NCBI GenBank assembly: GCA_002269645.1
Contig: NIVC01000056.1
Coordinates: 868,001 to 932,000, forward strand
DNA from: Macrostomum lignano
Taxonomy: Eukaryota
Reading direction: 5' to 3'
DNA length: 64,000 nucleotides
Position numbers and translations under genes: made by a program. Of the stretch, positions 48,222 through 60,363 are shown in pieces. The notes below the pieces were generated by a model. That model was not told the origin of the DNA. It searched no databases and was given only the letters and a program-made list of their open reading frames with translations. Within the stretch, counting starts at the first letter, position 1. Every line of letters starts with the position of its first letter.

Positions 48222-51200
48222 CTAAGACTTATAGAGCTCCGGGCCCAGCACGAACCGCTGAAAGATTTTACTGCAGTCCGTCAAATTGTCGTTGTAAAAC
48301 TTCGTCCCAGCGCCGTACCAGATTGAGCCGGTCTTCTTCAGGTCGTGCACAGCGTACACGGGCTGATTGCGGTCTGTAATTGGGTCCAGGTTGTCCACAT
48401 TGGAGCAGTACTGGGTCAGGTTTTTGCTCACTGATTTGCCCACCAGCAACTGGCAGGCTTCCTTCAGCGCCCTCAGTCACCGTAGGGATAGAAGCTGTGA
48501 GCTGGCGGTATGTACACGGTCTCCAGAGGGTGGTTGGCCACGGGGAAGATTCGCTGGTATCGCTCCAAGAACTCGGTCAGACCGAACGGTCCTGCAACGC
48601 TAAACTGCGTCGGTGCCCGACTTTCCAGCTGCTGCATGACGGAGTGCAGGAATGCGTGGCCGGGGGTCGACATGAGAAAGGCGGGACTCGCCAGCGGCTT
48701 CACGGGCCAGTGCATGCCGAGGAACTGCAACGAGTGCGGATCGGGCTCTCTGGTCACCACGGCGTGGAAGCGGCGGAACTGGTCGATGCTGCGAACGAGG
48801 GTGTAGTCCAGGTCTGCGTAGACGCCGCCGAACTGCGGGTCGGGAGAATAGAGAGGGCGTTGGCTGTTTGTGAGCGATTGTAGAGTCTTTGCTAGAGATG
48901 CTGATGAGCAGGACTGTCGAGTAGCTCTGCGGTAACACGTCCAACTCTCAGGCTAAACACCTCTGCTTCAATTCCTGTCTATTCAAGGCCAGCTGTTAAA
49001 ACAGAAAGTGCCTCCTGGCGCTGCCCGACGATCTGATAAGAGAGCGTGGCTTTTGACATGTACAGTGTATAGAGAACGATTTACGTAGGAATATCCAGGA
49101 GTAATGTTAGAGTAGGCGGTGAGAATCAACGGAAAATTGGGATCTTCTAAGTTTTGTTAACATTATTTTGTAAATAAATTTGCTGATTTTAGACCAGTCT
49201 GTCTACGAACACGTGGTCGTGACACGATTATTCTCAAGGCCAGCGCAAAGACGACTAGCAGTATGGGGTTTAAGGGGCTTAGCGCATGTGAATAGTGGCT
49301 CGTTTCTGCCCGAGAGAGTTTGATTTTTTGATTTTTTATATGGAAAATACACATTATCATGTGCATATACTTGTGCATGATATGAATATTTATGTACCTT
49401 GGTAGTCTGCGCCTAGGGATTGCAATCCCGGGATCCCGGGATTGGGCCTAAATCCCGGGATTTCCAGTCCCGGGATTCGGGACTCCAAATCCCGGGACTA
49501 ATTTTTGTTAATATTTTTACAAAAAGTGCTGTAATATAAACATAATTAGGCCCTCAACTAGTTTATTATACTGCGCTAATTTCCGTTATTGCCTCACGTC
49601 GTGTGGCACCTTTTTAAACCCCGCATCACAGATTTAAATGTGAAATTAATTCCAATTTAAATTTTGATATAACTTGCTTCTTTACTACTAATTAGTACAT
49701 TTATACTACTTACTTCAATAGGTCACAAGATAATGCTGTTTATCATCTACAAATAGATCATTATCTCTATAACAATGAAAAAAGTAAGCAAAAATGCGTT
49801 TAGCGCATATTTTGCCTTAAAATTTCAACCTAGAAGCATAACAATCTGTATTATTCTGATCCCGGGATTCAATCCCGGGATTGGCCAAATCCCGGGCCAA
49901 TCACAAATGATGATTGCTCATTTTGCAATTCCTATCTGCGCCCCCCCGTTCTAAATTTTCTGGATCCGCTACTGCGCATGATTTGGAAGTGCGCGCGTAG
50001 ATTATTTGCCTATAATTTCAAGTACGAATCGAGGGGAGAGCGAGTGAGCTGACCTTTCTGGCTGATGGGTGGGCAGGAAAAGTGCGGTGGGCGCTCTAGA
50101 AAACGTCAACTCAACTAGAATGCTAACAACATGGCATGGGAATCAGAGGGCGAAGGTTATTGCCTACTTTGGCCCAATTCTACCCCACATAAAAATTTAT
50201 AGGAAAGAGTTTGTTTGGAGAAAAAGGAAGAGAAAGGTATACGCGCGACTGAGTCAAGGACGACTGAAGTAATCTATATATATATACTTAAGTAGTCCTT
50301 GGATTGAGTTCTGACTCAGTGTATCTGCGAGAGAAAAATATGAGTTTGAAGGCTGCATGGGTATAACATTGCGCTTTGATGGAAATTAGCTGACAAAGGA
50401 GAGGAAATAGAGGCACCCCGTTCTCCTTTCCGAGGTCCTCGCTGCTCAAGGCAACTAACTCACCATTTATCTAATAATTGTTAATCAATCATTCGCCTCT
50501 CATGCTCTGCTCTGTTACTTAAAGCTAAACCTAGTACATTTATAATCGTAATTCATGATTTATTGCACTTTGTGTCATTTCGACACTAATATATTATTAA
50601 CTTAAACTTAAACTTTAACTATGTAAATTGTCCCATAAACATCGATCGCTGAGGCTATTCTTGCCAATTCTGCTGACTCCTGTAGTACAGTGGGACTGTC
50701 CGAGAGTACAGTGCAGCTCAGCCCTACAACGACTGCTCAAAAGGAAAGCTTATAGCGACTGTTTGAGTAAGCCATGGGGAGAGTCAGTAGCGAGTGAGTC
50801 AAAGCGCAGTGGAATTAAGTTTGGCGTAAGTGAGAAAGAAAAGTTGCAACCTCTCGGCTCGGCTCGGCTCGGCTTTATTTGATTTTAGAGACAGTAAACG
50901 AGAAACAGCTTGAGAATATATTCTATGGTCAAAATGGGGCTCGCTACTAGCTGATTAATGCTAAAAGATACTCCCCCTCCTAGATGAAGTACATCACTAT
51001 GCATTAGATAAGCGGAGACAAAAGGTTTGAACAGTGAAGGCCGGGGAACGAGTAGGCAAGCAATGCAGATGTCATAGGTTGATCGGTTAAAGCACTGTTT
51101 AAGTATTGCTAGGTGGACTGTCCTTCTGGAATACTTGCACGGAGGTCTCGCTCTTGAATCGGTTTGAGCTGCGCGACCTTGTGTTAGAGCGGGAGCGTCG

Positions 51201-54200
51201 CGTGGCGGGGCCGGTGTAGCTGCTGGCTGCTCTTGATGGGCTGTTGGCAGGGTGGCGTGCTTTACACGATCGATCGACACTACGGTAGGCTTGCCGTTGA
51301 TCTGGAGTGTCATTGTGGTGTCGTGCCTGTCCAGCACCGCGTACGGGCCTTGGTAAGGAGCCTCCAGGGGTCGTCGCACACGGTCCAACCGAAACCAGAC
51401 GTGTGTGCACGAACTCAGCACGGCTGGCAAATGCACAGCTATCTCGCGCGTTCTCGGCTGCCGGTATTGGAAAATAAGCTGGTGTAGACTAGTCGAGAGC
51501 TCTTTGAGCGCAGACGTGTTGGTGACGACCGGTGGGACCAGCGGTTGCTCACCCGTAAGAACGGAGAACGGAGAGGCACCTGACTCATCTGGGAAAATGC
51601 GCATGCCCGGGAGCACGACGGGCAGCTGCTGCAGCCAGTTCTTGCCGCGCGCCTTCAAACCGATCTTTAGCGTCCGGTGTGCACGTTCGATGATACCGTT
51701 AGGTCTCGGATTATAGGCTGAAGTGCGGATGTGGTGGATGCCGAGTAGATCCGTCAAGTTCTTCATGAGCTCCATTCGGAATTGGGATCCCTGGTCACTG
51801 ATCAGCGTCAAAGGTGGGCCAAACCGAGAAATCCAGGTTTCCAGGAAGGCTCGTGCGACTGATGTGGCGGCAATGTTCGAAAGCGGTGCTGCTTCGAACC
51901 AGCGTGAGTAGGCATCGATCATGGTGAGTAGGTAGCGAGGCTTCGGGCCGGGATCTTCAGACTCAGGAGGCGGTAGTGGTCTGACCAGGTCAATGTGTAC
52001 CGTCGTGAATCTCTGAGATGGCACAGGCAGCTGCTGCAGTGGGCGTTGAACATGTCGTCCAGCCTTGCACTGCTGGCATTGTTGGCACTCGGCTACCCAC
52101 TTGAAAATGTCGGCACCCATTAGTGGCCAGAAGAACCGATAGCTAATGAGCCGTTGCGTAGCTTTTCTGCCGGGGTGTGCGAACGAATGCAGCGAGTTGA
52201 ACACCGCACGTCGCAGTACTTCAGGGACTACGGGACGCGGGTTAGTCTGCGAAGTCTCACAGCATAATGGGTAGTCTTTAATCCCGATATCGAAGTTGCT
52301 GAATGCCGTCCGCAGACACGAGATAGCCGAGGAACTCCACAGACTCGCGGAAAAACCGACACTTGTCCGAATTGACTCCCAAACATTTGTCGGTAAGTCG
52401 TTGCAGAACTGTTTCAATGTGTACTTGGTGCTCTTCCCGAGACCTGCTGTGCACTAGGATGTCGTCGATGTAGGTAGTAACAAATGGTAGGTCCCGAAAC
52501 ACTGAGTCAACATATCGCTGAAACGTGCTAGCGGCGTTCCGGAGACCGAAGGGCATCCGCAGGTATTCGAACGAGCCCGAATGGGGTGCAAATCGCCGTC
52601 TTCTCGATGTCCTCATCTGCCATCGGAACGAAGTGATAGGCCTTGACGAGGTCAAGGGTGCTGAAAACTTTCGCACCGTGCAGCTGATGATGGAAATGGT
52701 TGATTTTAGGGATACGGTAGCGGTCTGGCTTGGTTGCCGCGTTTAAGGCTCGATAGTCTCCGCAAGGTCTCCAGGAGCCGTCTTTTTTCTTCACCATGTG
52801 AAGCGGGGAAGCCCATGGACTGGCGGAGGGGCGGACGATGCCAAGGTGCAGGAGCTTGTCGAACTCCGCTTTTGCAACCGCGAACTTGGCCGGGGCAAGC
52901 GGTCGCGGCCGACAAAAAATGGTCGATGCCGAACCGACGTGGCGGGTGCTGCAGTGTAGTCCAGAGCTTCCAGAACTCGAGGTAACCGACCCAGCAGTAT
53001 GGTGGGCTCAAGCAGCGTGGTGGCGTTGATTTGAAGGACTGAATCACTAGAAGGACAGAGAGTCACACGCAAAGATGTCACAGGGTCTTGAATGCGCCGT
53101 GACTTCAGGTCGATGAGGAGACCAAACTTGAGGAAGAAGTCTGCATCGAGGATGGGCGCAGTACTAGTAACAATGAACGTCGCAGGATATGGTCTACGAA
53201 GGCCGGGGATAGCAAGTGTGACACAACATTGGCCGAAGGTTCGGATTTCACGGCCATCGACGCCACAAAGTTTGACATGAGTGGGTGCGAGTAGATTTTG
53301 AGGAACAAACTGCAAAGGAAGAAGTGACCGTTCGGCGCCGGTGTCAACGATGAACGAAACGGGCGTACGAAGGACTTGGCAACGAAGAAGCAGCGTGGTG
53401 GCCTTTGACGGGTCGCGGCTCGGCCGATGCACGTGACCAACTAGTTTGACACCTGGCTTGGCGTCGGGCTTGACGCCCGGGACTGAGCCGGAGTGGGCTG
53501 ACGGCTGGCAAGCAGTGTCGGCGGTTTCGAGCCTGGCCACTGGCACCATGGTCGGCACGTGCGAGCATCGGCAGCGTAGTAGAGTAGAGATGACTGTTGC
53601 AGATCTTGGGTCATCGGCGTGAGTTCCAGTTGGAGCGCGAGTCGTCGGGCTTCCTGCTACGAAAAGAACCAGCGTTTCTCCTCGGGTGCTCTTGGCCGGT
53701 GGCAGAGGTGCGGTTTACAGAGGTGAACGGGGTGTTGCAACCGGCGACAGCCAGCATGCGTGACCGACCAAGGCGGATGGGCAGTGCAGTTAGGAGTCGA
53801 AACTTGATGATGCTGTCATCGACTTAAGCCTACTTCGCTGAATTGCCGCTTGATGTCGGTTACCAACTGAGATGGGCGGCGATCCCCACACACACAAAAT
53901 TGACTATGGAATTTCTAATCGAGGGAGCCGTTGACAGCATCACTTAGGCACAAACTTGAAAGGCTGTATAGGAAATGGATAGGTTGGATATCTCAGACGT
54001 ATCTTGGAGAATCCTGAGCGGTATGGAGATCTAGATGTCTTCTCTAAAGCAATAAATTTCTACATTTAGCTTTGCTTTGCTATCTGCAGCGCAATTTTTC
54101 AAATAGCTGTTAAAAGACTTCAACTATGCTAAAAGTTTATCCTTTGTAGCTACGGTATATGTAATGAAACATAGCAAGTACTACATGCAAGTTTTCCAAA

Positions 54201-54892
54201 AAATGTAGGATACGAGTTTCAACAGAAGCAGTTTAAACAGTAAATTGACACTTGAAACCAGAAACTTTGATGGCTGATTGAGAAGCGTATAATCTTAAAA
54301 GTACAACTAATCTTAAAAGGCATTGCTTTCAGTGCAATTGCATGTAGACTCTCACCTTGAATAGCAACATGTAGCGGATCATGTCAACGCGCATGATGTG
54401 ATGCTGCAGAGACTTGTACTTGCCTAGCAACCCGGGGAACTGGGTAGCAACAAACGGTTCCAAGTCCTCGTCGCGCCACAACACGTAGGTCCAATCCGGA
54501 TGAATTCTCTTCCAGGAGAGCAGCTGCTCGGCAAAGTAGCCGGATACGAGTTTGCTCTTCCACAGGATGTGACGAATCTTCGGAATAGGGAACGCATCGC
54601 CAACCTGCCGCAGGTGCCTGACGTAGTCAGCTCGGCAGGTCTCCACCGAGCAAACCGAAGGCAGCCGAACGCTCAAATAAATAAATTTGTTTGCAGTGGA
54701 GTCGTTCCGGCTGTCAGACACGTGACTGTCAATCGCTGCAGGTCGCATCATTATCGGTGGCTCCAAGCCGTCATGCTGAACTGCTGTCGTCAGTTCTTCC
54801 GGCGTGCATCTGAGTTTGCCATGGAAGCAGAGGATTGAAAACAGTGTTGCTATCGACAGGCCAGCGGTCAGTACAGTTAATAGTTTATTCAT
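48222..54892 (-). CDS. GT32 (DXD-motif) glycosyltransferase, type II membrane protein, two exons, one frameshift in exon 2
   Basis: Exon 1 (54892-54356) has a signal anchor and [28 protein letters not shown]|GT. Exon 2 (48832-48222) begins AG|[19 protein letters not shown] in the same phase 0. A -1 shift near 48478 restores LRALKEACQ... Confidence 0.8.
49414..49934. mobile_element. hAT-superfamily MITE
   Basis: TIRs TAGGGATTGCAA / TTGCAATTCCTA, a perfect 8-bp TSD TCTGCGCC (49406-49413 and 49935-49942), and clustered subterminal ATCCCGGGAT palindromes. Confidence 0.9.
50971..53894 (-). mobile_element. Decayed Ty3/Gypsy LTR retrotransposon in the GT32 intron
   Basis: CA-GT-TGG PBS-like junction at 53869-53863; protease FIVDTGA; [26 protein letters not shown] and YIDDILV; integrase [31 protein letters not shown]; PPT AGGAGGGGGAG at about 50971-50981. 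It is frameshifted, with no RNase H or clear gag. Confidence 0.92.
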
Positions 54893-56594
54893 TTGTTCGG
54901 TATTCGGATCGATTAATAATATTCTGTTGGCAAATAGAGTCAAGCTTTCTTAGCCTAAAGAAAAATTTACCTAGCAGATTGGGAGACACGACGGTGCAGA
55001 GATGCAGTGTCTGTGTGCTACTCTAGTAAGCCCACCCTCGGTCTGCACTGCACCTGGTCAACTCGATCATCAGCGGTTGGCTGGGGCCCCTGCCATGGAG
55101 ATCGGGGGAATGAGTTTTCGGACTTACAATGGAAGCAGAAAGCCTCCTATAGGCTGTGTGTGAAAAGGAAGAAAAACAATAGCGCCCGAAAACGAAGGTT
55201 TGTACGAAGTGGGCATTCCAGATTGTCGTTGAAATTCTCCATGGCTCGGGTTAAGAAAATTTCCTGCAACAGCTCTCCGTCTCCACTTATAGCATACGGG
55301 TCTCATGCGCCTCAGGCAGTTGTTGAGCGAGCGTCATTGCTCATACAAAAGAAAAAACTCAATAAGCCTTACATGCGTGCTGTCGGATCTTATGGTTAGT
55401 TGGCCTTGCCAAGTCGCATCTTGCGTACGGTGAGCAGAGGCAACAGCCGTTGCAGTGAAGACTTATAATTGTTCGTCAAACTGCACGCACGTACAGTAAA
55501 CTTCGTGTATGGATATAAGGTTAGAAATCCGTAAGAATAGGCCACATAAAAAACCATAGTGAAATATTGCCAAGCGAAGTGACCTAAATCCCAGTGCTTT
55601 TTTCGAACTTTAATTAGGAGAGATGCAATCAACTATTATTATTCTTATTATTATTCCTGTGAAAATTATTTGCATATTTTCTTGGTTTTGATTTTCTTTT
55701 CCACAAAAATAACTTGAGTTACAGTATTTTTGAATGAGCTTTCAAAAAGAATGAAAGATAATGCTAGATACACTACTTATTAGTACACACAATTGAGCTT
55801 CGGTTAAGGTCCTTAGGAAAATCATTAAAAAAATCTGAAAAACAACTCGACAGAAGTTCGCTTTTTAGGTTTTTTTATGTTATTTTTCTTCCTGACATTT
55901 TTCGCTGTGCGGGAACCGAGCAACGCAGGCACACGAAATTGAGGACCACCTGCAGGCTAATTTTTTTGCACACCTTCAAAAACTGCCTTGGAGACCGTCG
56001 AGATATTCAAAAATTCTGCCAGAATGTCTGATTTTTCCCATAAGCGCTAGTGTAATACCCCCCTTCAATATACCCTTTGCACCAATAAGCACTGCGCCTC
56101 AGTGCGGTTTTGCCATGCCTCAAGAGATCAGCTCTGGCTTCACCCCAGCTGGAGCTGCTGGTCATTCAACAGATGACACCAGCTGTGACTATGGACACCT
56201 CCATGGATAGGAGGCCTTGTGGATTGACTGGGTTTGGTTGACGCTTATTATCTGAAATTATCTGTAAAATTCCGGAGCATTATGTTACTTTATGCAATAT
56301 GTTTGACAATTTAAAAGCATGCAAAAACACGAAACTAACAATTGCTATTTAATTGAATTAACAATAGTTTCATAAGGTATGCAAATTAATGTACATTAGT
56401 CTGGTATACTCGTAGGACCTAAAGGACAGTGAAAGTACCACTAAAATAAAAGATGCATCGCTACTTAAATTCATGCATTAAGAACGCCTAAGAAGTTAAA
56501 ACACTCCACCTTTGCAATAGTTTATATGGTAAAGTACTATTTCTGAATAATATCGATATATATTAATTGCATTTTCCTTCAGTTGTCCATTCGC

Positions 56595-59500
56595 TTATAG
56601 ATGGATACTCTCCAACTTCTCCTTCACCCATCTGATTTTCTCCTCATCCTGCGTCTCCATGGCAACGCGTCTCTCGTCCTTGATGGTCTCCATGAGACGC
56701 AGGCTGAGCTCTACGTGCTCGCGGCAGTCGCTATAGCGAGCCAGAGTGAGCAGCTCCTCCAAGTCCGGGTCTTCTTGCAGTTCCTCGAGCCACACATCGA
56801 ATGCGATTGGCTGGAATGCTTGGAGCAGCTCAGCTTGAAGACTCCAGCTCAGGCAGCGAAAGTTCACGTACAGGTGAGAGGAGAGAGGCTGCGACAGTCT
56901 GGCTGTGAGCAGAGTCTGCGTGAACTCGGGAAGGAATGGGAAGCGAGGCGGAGAGTCGCAGGGGAGGCAGAACCTCCACGCCCAGTCGCAATCAAGAGAG
57001 CACAAAGTACCAACTTCTTTTGGACTCAAACCGCATTTGACTCTGGTCTTCTGGAGCTCCATCGCGAGTTTCTCAGCCTCCTCAACTTCTCCGAACTTTA
57101 AATGCGACATGGCGGTCAGACACAGGGCTGCACACTTGCACCACTGCTGCTCATTCAGGAGACTGAGTTGCCTCATCAGTGTGTCTCTGTTGCTCGATTC
57201 CAACTGCAACTCGCTCACACACTGGTGCACCACACTGTACACGTCAGCGAACTTATAATGCATATCAGGGTAAGAAGTACCTTCTCTGATCTTAGTCGCA
57301 GCGGGTGGCGCTGTCAGAGGCAGCAGGGTGAACGGGTGAAAGTAGAAGCTCTCTGACTGCAGAGGTCTCACGAGCCTCTTCAGCTGCTCGACCACTCCAT
57401 TGATGTCGCTTCTCATCTCGTTCAGTCGGTTTCGAACCCTCGCCTTCGTGTTGTCGAAGTCGCCGCCGATTCCAGCGTTCTTGAAGTAAAGTGGAGCGTC
57501 GGGCATGAAGAAGTGCGGCATGCACTCATCGGGCGAGTTGCGTGAGCTGATGAAGTTCAGCATCATGTCGAGGGACTCCAAAAGCCGAGCGATCAGATTC
57601 TGAGGTTGCCAAGCCTCAGCCGAAGGGTCTGTGCCGTTCTTCTCCAGCATGAAGAACAACAGAGTCTTTGCATGGTAGGTCTTGAGTCCAGGTGTGTCCA
57701 GAGTGTGAGGCAAGTGTCGCTTGAAGATGAACTTGATCATTGTGAACAGCTGGCCCTGCACTGTGCCAAGGTCCGCCATGATCTCTTTCTCTTGGAATCC
57801 GAAACTCACTCTGAGCTCGTTGGTCGAGTTCGGTCTGGTCGCCCTCACGAGATGAACGTCGCGAAAGTATTTCAGAATTTTTCTGATCATGTCATCACAG
57901 AAACTGCTGCAGCACCAGATGGCGTAGCACGTGTCCTGTGCAGGCCGCACACCGCACGCCCTGGCGGTCACTGCAGGTTGGCTGCCTGCAGAGAGCAGAG
58001 AGCGGAGAGTGCATTAAAATAAAAGCAAATATGCGATAAACTGTAGCTCACTCACCTGCTCCCACTGCCACTTGTGCGTGACCCTCCTTGACTATCAGCT
58101 TTGTGGCATCTCTGCAGGAGCTTCGAGATCTGTTACAGCCTCCTTCCAGATGGAACTCCTGCCCAGCAACCAGCACAGTCCAGTCGATGTCCGAGTCTGC
58201 AGCTGTCCTGCCGTTTACTTGGGCCAGACTGTTGGCCCAGCCCTCTGCGTAGCTGCCCGTTATCTGCCTGTCATCCCGCGTGAGGACTTCAGCGACTCCT
58301 TTTAGCCAGTGAGCCAAAGTCTGTTGACAATTTGCTCTCTCCTTTGTAAATCCCGCCTCGCTGAGCAGTTGATGCAGTTCCTCACTCAGCTGTCTGTATC
58401 GCTGAGAACTGTCTGTGGGCCTGTGGGGCAAAATTCCAATACAGGAAACTGCAAATGAACTGCTCAACACACGTTGTCGAACCAAAAGGAATGAAACCCA
58501 CTGGAGAAGAACCGAATCGCGAGTAGCGGCTGCCTGCTGGGTTTCTGAGCATCTGCAATGTACAATGGAACTCTTGTGTTTTAATGTTTCTGTGCCGTAA
58601 GTAAATTTAGGGCACGATGCAGGGTCGCATGCTACTTGCATTAATCTACTTGGGTCCAGCAGGCGCAGCACCTCTCGCTGCTCGAGTCGCTCTGCCAGCT
58701 GTGCGCACGTCAGACCCCGACCGTCTCGATGACTCGCATCCGCTCCTCTGTCCATCAGAGCCTTGGCTGCTCGCACGTGACCGGCTTCGCACGCTCGCGA
58801 CAGAGCAGTCCGACCCTGACTGTCTTCGGCACTCACTGACGCACCGAGATCCAGCAGTTTCTCAATGAGCTCGTGATGACCTGCATCAGCTGCCAGCATG
58901 AGAGCAGTAGCTCCAGTGCTGTCTGACTGATCAACATGCTCTGAGCTGAATCTCTCATCATTGATCAGTGTGACAGCAAGAGCGACGTGTCTTTGAGAGA
59001 TGGCGACACGGAGCAGCTGAGTGACCTGAGCTGGCTGCATTCGAGAGAGCGTGTCGGTGAGAACAGAGTTCCTGCCTTCGATGGCCATCGCTGCGGTGAA
59101 GCTGAGGATGGGGCTGAATTGGAAGAGCCAGTCAGGCTCGAGGCCAAACTCCGACACAACATTTTCTCTTAGGCGAGAGCATGCAGCCAGTGTGCAACGA
59201 AATCGGAAGTCTTCGGTCTCAATACGAGTATCCATTTTGAGACGAAGATAGAAATACTTCACCACTTCTAAGTGATCCTCGCTTGCAGCAGAAAGCGCAG
59301 CATTCATGCAGCACTGATCTATTACATTCTGATGGTCGGCTATCGCTTGCACCAGGAATTGCACCACCTCCAAATGACCCTTGATTGCGGCAGATTGCAA
59401 AGCCTCTATGCAGCACTGATTTCTTACACTTTGGTTAGGCATGGCTTCCACCAGAAATTTAACCACTTCTAACTGGCCATGCTGGGCTGCCAAACGGCAG

Positions 59501-59616
59501 TTAGTTGCGCAGAACATTGTCTTACTTTGCTCACTTTGCAGATGCTGAAATCGAGCTTTCACAGTCGCCACTATTCCGGTGGTGACTGCCTCATCAATGC
59601 TTGGCGTTTGATCCAT
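56595..59616 (-). CDS. Ankyrin-repeat plus Mab21/cGAS-like nucleotidyltransferase (cGLR-type)
   Basis: About 7 ankyrin repeats, then NTase GSYAEG..DSDID. A 70-bp intron (58055-57986, phase 1) precedes D(TCY)AI and the Mab21 helical lobe (LRVSF..QEK..LFTMIK..LKTYHAKTLLF..W..NL..LL..PHFF.P), then a C-terminal helical extension. A probable further intron lies at about 58640-58413. Confidence 0.85.
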
Positions 59617-60363
59617 CCTCTTTATGATTTCGCTACTGAATTTCTGGGCCCTGTAAAGATAAAAATGGTTTTACTTATCCATTAAAAGGTATTGGTAGCA
59701 CTCTAAGAAAAGTCAATCACCGAGTGACTCACAAAATTTTATTGTAAATATAAGTCACAGTCAAGACTTCTGATTCGCTCTCGCTTTTGGTCGACTTTCA
59801 GATAAAGTCAAGCACCCGCTGAGACAACGGCCAGATAGCTCACTGGTCTTGAAACTTGTAAAACTACATTTAGCTACTATCTACACCAAAAGTTTCTGAT
59901 AGAATAAAAAATCTTGCGGTAAAAAAGTCATGCTTTAACTTTGCTCTTACTTTGAGTAAATTTTATCTTCTAATCTCTTGTTTTTAGCATTACTCTATCG
60001 CTCATATGCAAGTTTGTTGAGTCTGTTTGCTAACCTCATCATTTTGCTAGGAGTCGAGACTTTATTTAGCATGCGTACTTTGTATTTGTGCTGTCAAACT
60101 TTCAAGAATAGCGCGCATCAGCCGTGACTCAGCTGCAAAATTTGTAGTTGTGCACTGTACTGTGGCACGCGAGTAATCTTAACTCAGATTAATATCTGGA
60201 GACGCTTTTCAAGCTGTTCTTGAAAAACGAATCACGTGTTCGCTTAAGCATACCTGCACCGATAAAAATAGCAATATAGGAAAGTGAGAGTGGAAGTGAA
60301 TGAGACACGTGGGTTGAGATAGAACAAACTGATAAGGACAGTTAAGAGAGAAAAGGCGCTCAC

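Noticed and set aside
50271-50950. Possible Helitron (ATCTATATATAT start, CTAG near 50947) replacing the Gypsy 3' LTR
   Set aside because: There is no convincing hairpin, the CTAG is not followed by T, and there is no second copy in the window.
55007-55632. Short ORFs between GT32 and the cGLR
   Set aside because: I found no recognisable domain, and stops interrupt any longer reading.
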